Shown here piece after piece: positions 50,968-64,000 of a DNA stretch of 64,000 bases; the first letter of the stretch is position 1, and every line of letters starts with the position of its first letter. The notes beneath the pieces are model-generated. The model worked only from the letters and a program-made list of their open reading frames with translations. It had not been told where the DNA came from and ran no database searches. The stretch is taken from positions 4,131,909-4,195,908 of the forward strand of contig CM074804.1 of NCBI GenBank assembly GCA_037447605.1. The letters are read 5' to 3'. This DNA is from Zygnema circumcarinatum SAG 698-1b. Lineage: Eukaryota; Plantae; Zygnematophyceae. Both the position numbers and the translations under genes were made by a program.

Positions 50968-53900
50968 ATGAAGGAAACAATGTATGGATTTGAGGCGCTC
51001 ACGTTTAACTTAAAGGATGGATACTTGGAAGCCATCCTGCGCGGATACAGGGCGGGCCTGCTGACAGCTGCAGATTACAACAACCTCTGTCAGTGCGAGA
51101 CACTTGACGATATCAAGTTGCATCTGACGGGAACTGACTATGGCGCCTTTCTGCAAAACGGTGCGGCTGACGCGTGCTGTATAGGAAGAGCGGGATGGAT
51201 GATAGGGGGAAAGGCGAGAGAGTGGGAGTGGGAGAGGGAGAGGCGATCAGGAGTAAAGTCGAGAAAGGAATAGTGATGGACGTCGGGATTGGGGAGGGAA
51301 AGCGAGGGATGGAGTGGGAGGTATGAGAGGGAGCGCTAGTGAAAGGGGGGAAGTATGGATAGAGAGGTTCGTATGCGAGAGAAGGGAGTGCGAGCGAGAG
51401 AGAGGTAGGGCACCTGAGAGAGTTGATAAACGTCAGATTTATTCGATAGAAAACTTAGGTTATGTTTGATCAGAGCTCCTACTCAAGTCTACTGTGACTG
51501 GACTATAACTTGGACTAAACCTACTTTTCTTATTCTGCGACGCAGAGCCATCACCCCTGCAGACGACTATCATTGTCGAAAAGTGCACCCAGAAGCTGGT
51601 GGATGAGTACAACCATATGCGGACGCAAGCCAGCGAACCTCTTGCCACCTTCCTGGACTACATCACGTAAGATCAGGCCCTTCTTTGCTATGTGTTACTT
51701 CTAATAGTGTGTCTTTTCCAATTTCTGCAACAGCGCGTTGTCAGGTTAAGCGCAGTTACTGCGGCTTCTAGCTAGCCGCCGTGAATATTTTGAGCTGCAT
51801 TTTAACTAGCTCAGTCGCCCCTTAAACGATAATGACGACTTCTACGATAATGTTTCGGCCTCTTGTAATCCAAAATCCGAAGTCTGCGTTTTTTGGGTGC
51901 AGGTATGGGCACATGATCGATAATGTCGTGCTGATTGTAACTGGTACCCTTCATGAAAGGGATGTGCAGGAATTGCTAGACAAGTGCCATCCATTGGGCA
52001 TGTTTGATAGGTGCGACTTTCTTGACCCTGGATGGCTGAGCTTTCTCCTTTGGGTGGATCCGATGAACTTGGATTCAAGCTCCTTAAAAATCTGTGTGAC
52101 CTGCATTCTTTCATTCGTATTTATGCCATCCTTCCAAAAGTCTTTGCTTTTCTTTTTAAAATGGTATTTTCTTTTCGTTTAAAGAAGGGAAAGGGTTTTG
52201 TTGCTGCAGCATTGCAACCCTCGCTGTTGCACAAAACATGAGGGAGCTGTATAGGTTGGTGCTGGTGGATACACCTCTAGCTCCCTATTTTTCGGAGTGC
52301 ATAACTTCAGAGGTAAAACTTCAGTCTCTTACGGTGATTGCAAGTAGATCAATGTTGTCTGTAATGGTGCGCTCTTATATGCAGCGCAGTTTCTAAACTC
52401 GAAGTATGAATGTTGCCTAGCAAAGAATTTGCTTGCTTGCTTTTAGGAGAAAAATCCTGATTTCGAATCTGCATTTCATATTGCTTGTTGAAGCAACATG
52501 TATAGTCCCATAATAAAACCTAAAGCGTTTTGCAGGACTTGGATGACATGAATATTGAAATCATGCGAAATACTCTGTACAAGGCGTACTTGGAGGATTT
52601 CTACAGGTTTTGTGAGGTACTAGCTTTGGGGAGTTCTTCTTGAAGCACGGCAGGTCTTCTGTAGGATTCAGAGTGGGCGTAGTTTGTGTTGCATCTGCAA
52701 TTCAGCTTTGGCACGCCTGCCCGCCCTCTGCTCACATTCAACATTCAGCATTCTGTGTTCCTTTCTGGGTATGATTGTGTGCTTGCAATAGGGTTAATTC
52801 TTGTCTTTACTGGAACTGAAGTGTACTTGTCTCTTGACCTGCAGAAACTTGGAGGAGCAACATCGGAGATTATGTGTGACCTTCTCTCGTTTGAAGCTGA
52901 CCGACGCGCGGTAAATATCACCATCAACAGGTACTTCATATTGCATACTAGAACGTTTTACACCTGTACGCACAAGCTCATGTGCATAACTAAGCAACTG
53001 AACCAAAACGATCCTGCTTTTTTCCTACGTCTGAGCAATCCTGTCGACCGGCCTTCTTTGAATTTACTGGGAGTTCCTTGACGGCATATTCTTGCTGAGT
53101 CATTGGCTGTTGCAGCAAGATGAGAGTTAATGGTTAAAACTATCTTCAAGCGATGGCTTTCCCGGTGTTGCTTTCTTGGCCTACTAGCCTTCATGTACTA
53201 CTAGGCTTCTGACGTAACTTTTAAGCCCAGACACTGACCTTGTCGAAATGGGCTTGAAACCTTTCGTCAGCAACTTTGAGGATAGTTGATTTTTGAGTTT
53301 TGCGAGTAAACGTCCACTGTCGAAGGGCTCCTGTTGGTGGTTCTATGCAAGAAGACATACAGTGCTGCAGCTTTTTTGATCCTTAAAATCTTCAAACATC
53401 TCTGTTGTGCCTGCAGTATTGGAACGGAACTTACTCGTGACGACAGGCGGAAGTTGTACTCCAATTTTGGGCTCTTGTAAGTATATTTACACCGAAAAGT
53501 GCTTTGCCCTTGTTCCTTTGCACTCCATTTTGGAATTGTTCTTTGCTTTGCAAAAGCAACTAGCCGTAACATGTGCCCCAATTTGGTAAATCTTCTAGAT
53601 TATCCTGTATGGATCAGCCTTAAATGCTAGGTGCTATGTCTGTCTTGCAATTTAGTGACAGCCAACTAGTCTTTCTGGATGAGATGTGAACTTCACTATT
53701 GTCGGGCAGTGTGTTTAAGGCTGCCCTGGTGGTGAAGGCCTAACGTGCAAAATTCGTCATACATCGTGCATTTTTTATCGTGCTTGCTCCTATTCCCTGC
53801 TGGCTGTACATAGCTGCATGACTGTAAAATCCATTGGTTGCCCTCCCGAGCAGGTACCCATATGGTCATGAGGAGTTGGCTATCTGCGAAGACTTCGACC

Positions 53901-55118
53901 AGGTGGTTGTCAGCTGTGCCCACCTCCTGGAATTCTTTAATGCTTTTTTGCACTCTGACTGTTTTTTTGGACGTGCTCTGACTTCTCTGTGTGAGAATTC
54001 AGAGTATGTTGTCTCGTTGGTCCTGATAGGTGTCGACAGGTCGTAGCTCCACAGCATGGACATTTTGAATGTGGAGAGTTTCCTTTCCTGCCTTTCTGGA
54101 ACTCCTGCGTGTACATTGTTCTCAGTTTTTTCTAAATGACGTTTACATTCCAGTGTAATTCATTTTAAAATTTTGGGGTGAAGACGTCTCAGGGTCACCT
54201 GTGTGAAATTGTTCCTCTGACCATGCTTTTGTAGATCCTTACACTGTCTACTGTTGTTAGGCCTGAGTTTATTGGAACTTCTTGACATGACTTTTTGTTT
54301 TCAACTAGTCCCAAATATGGGAGTCCATTTTTTTGTTTATCCCTGCAGAACTTGGTTCAGGCAGTCAGAAATACAGATGCACATTGTAGGGGTCATCTAT
54401 TTGATGAACGCTTTCACAATTAGTTGGAGACTCATTTCACAAGTATTGTACTGTTTATGTTTCCTTTACTCCTCTCTCAAAGAGCTGTCCTCTGAGTGGG
54501 CTGCGATTTATACTTTTGCCGCTCGTGACACAACAACACTTCTTTTTGGCTTTGTCAGGTCCGAGCAGCAATGGAGAAGTACCCTCCCTATGGGAGCATC
54601 TTCGCGAAGTTGTCCTTCGGAGAGAGCCAGATGTTGGACAAAGCGTTCTATGAGGAAGAGGTGAAGAGATTAACACTTGCTTTTGATCAGCAGGTAAGTT
54701 CTTTCTTTCAGCTCTGATGGCATCCAAGCAGAAGGGTATTCCAGTGTTCAATTGACCAGATAGCCTGCAACATTGTCGTTTGGATAAACATCTTTTTGAC
54801 GATGCACGACATCAACGTGCCTTGAAAATGTAATCAAAGGACTCGGTACTACCAGATGGTCTACGCGTTTTGGATTAACTTGTTCAGAGTTTTAAAAGGA
54901 ACTTTTGCTGGAATAGATTTTGTGATGTCAGAGAGCTGGACCTAAAGGGGGGTTCGTCTTTGTCATGCACCTGCCTCTCCCTGCAGTTCCACTACGGAGT
55001 ATTCTTTGCATACGTTCGGCTGCGTGAGCAGGAGATCCGCAACCTGATGTGGATAGCGGAGTGCGTCGCTCAGAACCAGAAGTCGCGCATCCACGATGGC
55101 ATTGTCTTCATATTCTAG
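50968..55118 (+). CDS. VHA-d: V-type proton ATPase subunit d (multi-exon)
   Basis: Motifs [10 protein letters not shown]...[69 protein letters not shown], and last exon [43 protein letters not shown]. The start may instead be 50980. Confidence 0.96.
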
Positions 55119-55123
55119 AGCTC

Positions 55124-55165
55124 AAGCCCAAGCCCAAGCCCAAGCCCAAGCCCAAGCCCAAGCCC
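55124..55165 (+). repeat. (AAGCCC)7 tandem repeat just after the VHA-d stop codon
   Basis: Seen directly, starting 5 nt after the TAG. Confidence 0.9.
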
Positions 55166-55964
55166 AAGGCTAAGCAGACAGTTGTGCTCTCTAATTGATC
55201 GACCGAGTTGTTGACGAAATTGACCACTCTCACCATGGACGCAGCCTAGGGGGTCTGCGCTGGAACCACGAATACTGCCAGGAGGGTCAGGCCTTGACCT
55301 TGACCTTGTATATGTCACTTAGTTTTTGTACCATTTGAGTTCGAGATTAAAAAAGAAAAAAGTGCAGAAGGACTCAAACTGCAGTCAGTTGGATAATGCA
55401 AAAAAAAAACTGCCTCTTCTTTCATCTTTTACTCGTGGTTTTAGGATTTATAGACGGATTAGGTCTGCCCTTTTTTTTTTCAGATTAATGTTTTAAGGTC
55501 CTTAAGGTGTCATATCAAGTATTGGAACAGGAATGAATCTCCCCCAGAAAGTTGTTGGTGGAGAAAACAGCGGAGTTGCTGCTGCGAATTCATCCGACGC
55601 ATTATTTCTTCCATTTTATGGCCCTCCGAATTCGAAAGCCTGACGAAATTTCAGCCAGGGGGCAGTCAACACCCTGATTAAGGCTAGCCAAGGACCTAAT
55701 TTTCTATTGTCTTTTCCCATAAAAGAGAACTCCTGCACTTGCTCTTGTGTTTGTTTCCTTATTTTTTAACATGTTCGTTTGACAAGAAGAGGTCAGCAGC
55801 ACGTTCTGAGTCTTCCCGACCTAAGCTAGGCTGCGAGTCTCGGCGCTGAAAAAACTTTCAGGCGCTGCATCAGTTGGCCTTTCCGCCGGCCTAATGACAA
55901 CTTGAGCGCATATTAACGATAAAATCGTGTTGAGAGTCTTGAGGCGCAATGACAACGTGTATTA

Positions 55965-56002
55965 AGAGGGACATCGTGATATCGATGCCACATCCTTTGC
56001 TT
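55965..56002 (+). mobile_element. Very short CRE-like 3' terminus relic, copy F
   Basis: CATCGTGATATCGATGCCACATCCTTTGCT matches the terminal ~30 nt of the family (CATCGTGAGATCAATGCCACATCCTTTGCT in copy D). Confidence 0.55.
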
Positions 56003-56650
56003 GTACTATGAAACAACAAACAATAAGCCTCTAACATCAAAGATGATTCTGGATGTATTCGTATTGTTGTTGCTGCGAACTTTGTTATCTGAAACATCAT
56101 ACACATATATATACAGTAACAGTTACAACAGCGTACAAATATATATCAACAAAATTGTGTACGTACACGCAACACTCATACAATGTCGGACAGTATGTTT
56201 CAAAAACAGCAAAGACAACTAATCGATTTAGAAACAACAACTAAAACATAATAACAACAGCATGCTTAAAACCAAAAAGTCCTACGACGCCTTACCGATG
56301 TTTGCATGGTTTCATCCTGCCGTTGTTCTGTGTCCCCTAGCAATAATGTTAGTGCGCCACAGTGCTGGAACACCTCAAACGAGGGCACCGCCCTGCATGG
56401 CTGCCTGCCTCCGCCCCGCCCCGCCCCGTCCGGCCGCGCCGGTGGCGCCCCCCAAGCTGGCGACCGCGCGCGCGCGCGCCCAAGGCCCAACCCGCGGCGT
56501 TCGGTTGCCCCCCCCTCCGCCTTCCCTCCCTCCCGCCCTCCCTCTTCCTGGGACTAGGGATGGATTAATTACGACTATATAATATATATTATATTATACA
56601 ACCGTGACGACTAGATAACGGCTGATATATATTACTTTACAACGCCTTTA

Positions 56651-56850
56651 CAACATGTACGGTCGGACGGTCGTACGGTCGTAGGACTGTACGGTATTAT
56701 GCGGTACGGATGTACAGTCGAGCACGAGCAGACAGAGTGAACCAGACGGACGCATTACGGACGCATTACGGACGCATTTCGCAACGCCAACGCCAAAACG
56801 ACCTAATTTTGGTATGGTACGACCGTACGACCGTACGAGTACGGTCGTTA
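56651..56850. mobile_element. CGTAC-rich foldback/MITE-like element
   Basis: Left end CATGTACGGTCGGACGGTCGTACGGTCGTA is inverted relative to right end TACGACCGTACGACCGTACG. Internal (GGACGCATTAC)x2-3. Core shared with 30580-30650. Confidence 0.5.
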
Positions 56851-57114
56851 ATTGTTCAAAACGAGTGGGTATAATATGTGTAATAAAGTGTTTTACTTTG
56901 TAATATATTACTACTTTTAAACGTGCAAACTTTCATTGAACTTTTAAACCCGTTCTAAAGTATATAATATATTCGGAATTTATAACGCGGGCCATCCCTA
57001 CCTGGGACGCGGGTTGGAGAGGGCCGGCCGACTTGCGTCCACGTGGCGGAACCTGATTCGTCCACGCTGCTCCTATACATGACCGCTTGCATGCTCCACT
57101 GGCGCGACCCCTCG

Positions 57115-57474
57115 CAGTGTCAACAGGTCGGAACATTGGATCAACCATTGCAATCGTTGCGAACCATTAGATCGCGAGCCAGCCAACCATTGCCAGACCG
57201 AAACAACCATTGGCAACGGTTGCAACCATTGATTCAATGATTTCAACCATTGCCCATTGGGTTCTAAGAGTTTTGTCATTTATAGCAAAAATTTCCATCA
57301 CACTTTAGAGTACGTCTTTCCAGAGCGAATCGTGAGTTTCAATCCGGCTATCGGCGGAGAAAAATTTGCGGTTTCTATGTTATGGTGCCAACCATTGCAA
57401 TGGTTCTGAACCATTGGATCGTCCAACCAGTGCCATCCAATGGTTGCCGATCCAATAGTCCGACCCGTGCACTG
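57115..57474. mobile_element. MITE-like foldback with CAGTG...CACTG termini and CAACCATTG subterminal repeats
   Basis: Left end CAGTGTCAACAGGTCGGAACATTGGATCAACCA; reverse complement of right end CAGTGCACGGGTCGGACTATTGGATCGGCAACCA. Many AACCATTG copies. No TSD found. Confidence 0.6.
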
Positions 57475-57798
57475 TTGTTCCGTTGCGCATTGGCACGTGC
57501 GAAAGTGCAAATACGAAAGTGCGATGGTGCGCGCACTTGCCCGAAGACATGAAAAATAAAAAAAATAGAAAATAAAAAAACAACGTCTATACTACTAAGG
57601 AAGACCTTTCCTCATTTTTTTGAGCATAGACGTAAATATTTATGAAAGTTTTGAAAAAGTGCTATGACGACCTTGAAAGTTTAAATAGACAAGCATCATG
57701 ATAGTCCCAAAGTATCATACGATCCAAGTTTTCCGGAGTTTCATTTTTCAAAAGGCAATTTTTTCCTGTTTGTGATTCTCATTCTTCCTTTTTATAAA

Positions 57799-60700
57799 TC
57801 ACCCATCGTACTCCAATGCCCTATAAACAGCCGTACTATTCTCCTCCCTATCCGACTCCAAATGAATGTCATCCCCTCTCCCTTCCGCCTTCACGAGCCC
57901 CTCTTCCTCTCCCTCCCCGTCGCCTGCTTTCGATTTCCCCACTGCAGCTTTCCGCCGCGTCTTTTTGGCCCCCACGGCCGTCTTCTCAGAAGCGCTCCCA
58001 CCCATCTGGAGCTCCTCTGATCCCTCTCCTCCGTTCAACGGTGGCCCTTCCAAAGCAGCAGCCGACTTCTTGACCTGCCTTTTCGGACTGCTTTTTGGCT
58101 TATCTGCATCGGTTCCCGTTTCAGCTTCTGTCTTTTTCCTCCTCGCTCTCACCTTCTTTGCGGAAGGTTCTCCTGCCTCCATCTCTGTCAAACCCCCAAC
58201 AGCCTCTTCTCCGATGGAGGACACTACAGATAGGGACGATGGCCCCCCCGCACTCTCTTTAAAGGGCTTTGCAACCTTCCAATCATCCTCAGCCTCACCT
58301 CCCTCTCCCACCTTTTTCGAACTTTTCTTGCCACCACCAGCCTTCTCCTGTCCCTCTACTGCCCTGTCTAGCATTCCTACTTCTCCCTTTGCGCTGCCAT
58401 CTTCCTCTGGTTGGTTCCCTTTTTCCTCCCGTCCCCCTCCATTACCCTTTTCCACCCTATCCTCCTCTCCTGCAACTCTTTTCTTTGCTTTCTTCCTCTT
58501 CACACCGGCTCCTTCCTCAGTCTCTACCTTCGACACTCCCTCAGTTCCTTTTCCCATCTTTTCTCTTGTTCCACTCTCAACTCCAAGGCTTCCAGCTGTC
58601 TGAACTCTCGCAAGCTCCTCTCTAAACTCTTCTAAACTCATTCCATCTTTCGATACTTCATTCACCGCCCCAAATGTTCTCTTTTCTTCCTGACCTTCTT
58701 CCCCTCCCTCTGCCAAGTCTGAGTGGCTCTCACCCTTCAACTCTTCCAGAGTGATCTCCCTCATCGCCCTTCTTGCATTTCCTCTAATCTCCACTCTCTC
58801 TTCTTTTGGCTTTAACCGAGCCTCTGTCTCGCCAGGGGAACTAAACTGACCGACAGAGGGCAACTGATCAGTTTTGCTTGCAGTTAAACCAGACACTCGA
58901 GCTCCAACTTCCGTCACGATCACAATAACCTCTGGTCGTTTATTGCTGTACTTTTGCACAACCTTCTGTATCATTGCTGTGACAGATTTCTGAATGGTGG
59001 GATCTGACGCATTCCTGCACAATGCAACAAAAGTATGTATGCCGTATACAGAAGTTGCACATGCAAAAATGTGGCAGAACAAACACGTTTTTTCTTTTTT
59101 ACTTTTTGAAAACAGGGGAGGGAGACTGCAAGCACACACTTACCTGCTTATAGCTGCCAGTCCAACATTCGCTGCACTTTCAATGTACTTCAACAGCTTC
59201 CCTCCGTCCAGCCATAGACAACGCGTGGTAATCTTCACGCTCGCATTCAATCCAAAGTTCTCACTTTCCCTCCCATCGCCATCTCTGCTCGACTGTCCAG
59301 CCATTGCGTTCTGAGAGCTTCGCTGCACTTCAACACTGAAGACAAAAACTTGCAATGAAAGTCTGAAAACCCTGAAAACAAGCAGTTCAACATTGGACTT
59401 CTCACACTTCAAACATGTTCCTTTAGCCAGTTAGACCTCCTCCGATCCAACAAACCAAAAAACTTGAAATCTACTGATCAAGTCTTCCTCGTGGTTCCCA
59501 ATCCTGTTCCGCCGCACCTCGCTACCACAACGCCCTCCAACGCAATGCGCATCCTCTCGTCGATGGCTAAGTCCTGAGCGGTTCCGAAGGCCCTATCGCC
59601 ATCGTTGTACATGGTCTGAGGGACCCATGCAGAAGGACCCCAACACGGAAGCATACAAAAAAAATAACAAGAGTGAGGAGAGGAGAATGGGAGGCTGGCG
59701 TGGGGTGGTCGGAGAGGGATTAGGAGAGAAGGGAGTGAAAGAGAGGAAAGGAGAAAGAGAAATACTTCCCGCTCAAAACGATGACTTACCTCCAGCTTTT
59801 CTCTACCAAGGAAAGCAAATCCATTGGAGAGAACTCTCCCATTCCGAAGAGGCGAAACTCCCAACATTTCTCCATTTTTTATCACCTGCACACCTACCCA
59901 TCTACCCATCAGCTTCAATGCAAGTAGCCTTTCAAAGGGAACTGGGTATTGATTTCCATCGCTGCACTTTACATCCAGTCCTCAGGACGCATGACAAAAT
60001 TAATGCATTGATTTCCATGGAATGATAAGACGGAGCATAGGATTACACCTCCACACTGTTTTCCCTCCCTCTGAAGATTAGAACCTGACCTTAAGTAAAC
60101 CTGCAGATGTAAGGGATGATTTCGGTTTGTAAGAGTATGGCTTTCATTAGAAAAGCAGACTTCTCTTACTTACTGTACTTAAACTGTGGTTCTACTTTGA
60201 CTAGTGTGTAATGCAAGTGGCAGCGTACCGTGGTGTGTCGGATTCCCTGTTTCCTTGCGAGCAGTTCATGCTCCTTCATGAAGCACATTTCTCCATGCAC
60301 GGGCAGAAAGTGCTGCGGCTTTACCAGCCGAATCACCTCCTCCTGTTGCCATCCAGTGGCCGACCGAATCAGTCGATGTGAGAATCGAATCAGAAAGCAT
60401 CAACTGCATACATGGAGAGCTCACAAGCGTAATTGGATACGCGTTTGAGGTCAAATCAGAATTTTGAGTGAACAACACACTGTTACCTGCTCCCCTCGAT
60501 ATGCATGGCCGGATGTATGCAGATTGGCATCTCGCCCCTGAACAATCCGAGATCCAATATCTGCAATTCGGTTCATCATCTTCACTACTCGAGTCTCGTT
60601 TCCGGGAATCATCTGCAAGATTTGCGGAATGAGAATGGGACCAAAAAATCAGAAACTAAAAAGTCGGAAGGAGCAAAGAGCATGGACGAAGAGGTCAGCG

Positions 60701-63700
60701 CAATACGCTACTTGCCAAGGTCTCATAGGCAGGATTATAGGATGGGCGCAAAAGGGCCAAAAATCACCTTTGCAGAGTAGAGCACAAGATCGTCCTTGTT
60801 CAGCTTCAAGCTTCGGCTCGTTCCATAGGACGCAAGATTTAGGGCTGCCCGGGGCTCCGCCTGCTTCCAAAAAAGGTTTCAACAGTAAGGAAAATGATCC
60901 GGGAGGAAAAAGAAAGGAAAAACCTGCACAACAAGAGGAAAATATAGGCAGAGATTAAATCACCTGTGATCCTGTGGTGACCACAATCAGTTCACGAGGA
61001 GAAAAGGAGTACATATCTTCCGGGCGGACCTGCATAGGCAGCCAAATTTTATGAGACAGATATCCTTATGAGTGGATGGGAGAGTAACAAGAGAGCGAGA
61101 TAAGAAGAGCGAGCAGCTGATTCGAAAAGAGAGTAGAGCGTATAAGCGTTTGCAATAAGATTCTTACAAATGTGCTGTCCGTTACACTTAGTTCAAGGTT
61201 TTCAGATTTTTGCCATACCAAGGTAGAAGGGTCAAAGGGTGCCTGATCTGTCCGAAATGCTGCATCAAGATAAGTTCGCAGAGACATGCCGATAAAGACC
61301 TGCATTCAAAATTAAGTGAAAGCTATGAAAGACTTTTCTAAAAGAATTGTGGCATGAGGTCCATACATGACAAGGGAGAAAGAGAAAGGGCGGGAGGAGG
61401 GGGTGGGGAAAGATTGCACATGAGAATCCCGAATACAAAAGGAGGATTAAGTTCGTCTCAAGCAGATTCTCCAACGCTATGGCCTGACGTGTCTTTACAA
61501 AGGATCGTAAGTCTACAACGTTGATAATTCACACGAAACGAGCGGACTCACCAACTTTCTTCCTGACGCATCAGCAGCCCTTTTTAAGCTGCCCAAGCGG
61601 TGAACATTGGAAGCGAACTGGGTAGTGATAATGCGACCCTTCGCCTCCATAATCTTCTGCATTAAAGACACTTGAACATCCAACTCGCTGGTTGTTCTAC
61701 CCGGGGCAAGTGTGTTGGTCGAATCACTCATCATCTGCAACATGTGAACGCAGCGGTGATTTGTCGATTGATTACACAACGAGCTGCTTTTCCAACACGC
61801 AATGATAAGCCACTTAAGCTTGTGTGGTGCCGCTAGGCAGGGAGAAAGAGGGGAGGAAAGGGACACATAGGAGGAGAGAAAGTGAGGGGAGAAAGGGAGG
61901 GGGGGCATAGATATTTACCAGCGTGACCCCTTCCTTCGAGAGATTTTCAAAGAAGACGCGATCAAATGGACGGTCATCCAGGGGGCTCTCGTCAATCTGA
62001 AACCCATAAAACACCATACCCTTCGCGCCAATTAAAGTAGAGAACCTTGAGGAATGGGAGCAGCTCAAAGGAGGAAAGTATGCCTACCGACATGGCAACT
62101 ACACGTGGTCCCACGTGGCGACTCCATTTCTTCAACCACTATTACTCTAAACACAAGGCTCATGTCTTGGGAAGTTCCCATATCCCATTTCTCCCCTCCC
62201 CCTTCCTCCATCTCCGCTCTAGCCTGCTTCCACTCAACAGTCTCCCACCCATCCTTCCTTTTCCCTTCCCTATTCCCCCCTCTCCCTCCCAAACCCACCT
62301 TCGCCACCTCCATTTCCACATCCACGTGCAGAGCTTTAAGTGCAGCAGTTACTTCACGGTCCCAACTCTCACCTTCCAATCTCCCGTGTGCACAATGGTT
62401 CCGTCGTCACATCGCAAAACGAGCCCGCAGCAATCAGGAATGGAGTGAGTGACTCTCATGGGCTCAACTTGGAAGGGTCCCGCCTTGAAGGGAGTGCGCA
62501 TTTCAAAGGAGTGGCAGCGGTGGTCGCACGGCACATTGTGCTCCTTCAAGCGCCTCTTGATCAGCTGGAGGAGAAACAGGACCCACATGCCTGTAAATGA
62601 AGGAAACTTTGCAGCCACTTATGATGGTGATGATGGTGAAAACAATCAGACTGGCAATGACTGTTGGCAGGCCAAAGAAGTGAGGCGAAGTAAGAGAGGT
62701 TAGCTGGGCAATGTGGGAAGAAGGATGCGTGCGATTGAGATAATGAATGACTGAAGAAATGGATTGGATTACTCTTTGCACAACTAGTCTGGACATCAAA
62801 CCAACTTGCTCGCCAACGGTAGAAAACGTGACCCCTTAAGATAGTGTGCTGAGAAACGCTAAACTCGGAGTAAGAAGTTATTATCAAGGTTTTCTATGCT
62901 GCACGTTGGTTTTTGGGGCATGTCAACGAAAGACCATTAAAAAAAAGCAAGATGTCTTGATTGATGATGACGTTTGCTGATGGAAACAGATGTAAGTCGA
63001 TTGAACAATGTCGACTTTGTCTCACCTCTAGTGTGAATGGTGTTCCAAAAATTGGAGTTGAAGGGTCCAAGGCCGGGACAACCTGTTTCCATGAGCTCAA
63101 ACATCCGGACGGATCAAAAGGAGGGTCAATCGTATCAAACAGTTTAACATTCTCATCATCCCCAGTCAAAAACAGAGAAAGTGAAAAGTCAAACACTCTA
63201 GTAGCTGGATGAGCCACAGAGCTTGATGAAGAGACTGTACTACCGTTCTCCCATGTAAACCTGCAGTGGCATTCAGTGCAGTGCAACCGTACACTGGCGA
63301 TGATGCCAAGGTTAAGATTGACAGACAAGTGCAAAATTAGATACACATGGAAGATTAGGTTTGTACTCACCCATGGAACAGCTCCAATGTGGTCCTCGTG
63401 GCCATGCGTGAATATGACTGCCTCGATCTTATCTCGCCAACGGCGAATGAAGTTGGTGTCTGGTAGAACTCGTTGAATGCCCAGCTCATCATAACTGCAA
63501 GGCAAAGCGATAGGTGATAGAAGAGATTGTCAGCAAATTATGGGCCCGAAGCTGAACTTGTATTTCAAGACTCAAACACTGCTCAGTGGCAAGACATAGA
63601 AAGTAGTTAAATCTTTGAGTGTCCAGAGATGCCATTGAGAGTCTCTGAACTCTGGATCAATATGGCCCTCTCAACCTCTAAATAGACAGCAAGGCTGCTG

Positions 63701-64000
63701 TTGAAAAATGAAAAGCTGCGCAAAGGAAAGGAAACACAGGCCGAGGAGGAGTCATTTACGAAGCTGAGTGAATAGACTTACTCTGGAAACATGAGACCCG
63801 CGTCCACCATAATGTAGCGGTCGTAATGGCCAATAAGCATGCAATTCATGCCGATCTCTCCCAATCCCCCTATTGGCAAGATTCTAAGTGGAGGCCCGTC
63901 AAGGCCCTCATGAAAGAGCTGCATTTTGCGCTGCACTTGATCGTCTCTGCTGCTTTTGGGACCCTCACGATTTGACGACCCTCGATTGCGCTGCCCTCCA
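57799..64000 (-). CDS. RNJ: Ribonuclease J (plastid-type; 5' end lies outside the window; multi-exon)
   Basis: Motifs [33 protein letters not shown] (metallo-beta-lactamase motif), THSIPDCCG...[57 protein letters not shown], followed by a ~400-aa E/K/G-rich low-complexity tail. Confidence 0.93.

Noticed and set aside
57130-57260. Regularly recurring CAACCATTG units resembling a CRISPR array
   Set aside because: The units are only ~9 bp, irregularly spaced and in both orientations, in a eukaryotic context with no cas genes.
57866-58603. 245-aa Ser/Pro/Phe-rich plus-strand ORF
   Set aside because: Antisense shadow of the purine-rich last exon of RNase J.

Overview
This is eukaryotic nuclear DNA with spliceosomal introns. 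It is most likely from a non-seed green plant such as a streptophyte alga or bryophyte-grade lineage. That is an inference from the plastid-type RNase J, the PUFA-type ELO elongase and the GONST5-like transporters. About 12 protein-coding genes are present: FAM136A/DUF842 (5'-partial), a coiled-coil protein, a secreted GH30_5-type beta-1,6-galactanase, an HSPA12-like atypical Hsp70, a TBL2-like WD40 protein, eIF2D, an ELO elongase, two UDP-Gal/GONST5-like nucleotide-sugar transporters, MCTS1/Tma20, V-ATPase subunit d and RNase J (5'-partial). The most striking structure is the tail-to-tail transporter pair. Its 3' ~1.88 kb form a nearly perfect palindrome including introns, with extreme GC3, while the 5' exons are old and diverged. 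This pattern is what ongoing GC-biased arm-to-arm gene conversion would produce. Both transporter promoters carry dense CCGTAC (SBP-type) arrays. Other elements: six 5'-truncated relics of a CRE-like restriction-endonuclease non-LTR retrotransposon, a gapped Ty3/gypsy element with TGTAGC..GCTACA ends and a CTGT target duplication, several MITE-like foldbacks, and a ~1.9 kb (GA)n tract directly upstream of MCTS1. Exon boundaries were read by eye and no database searches were run.
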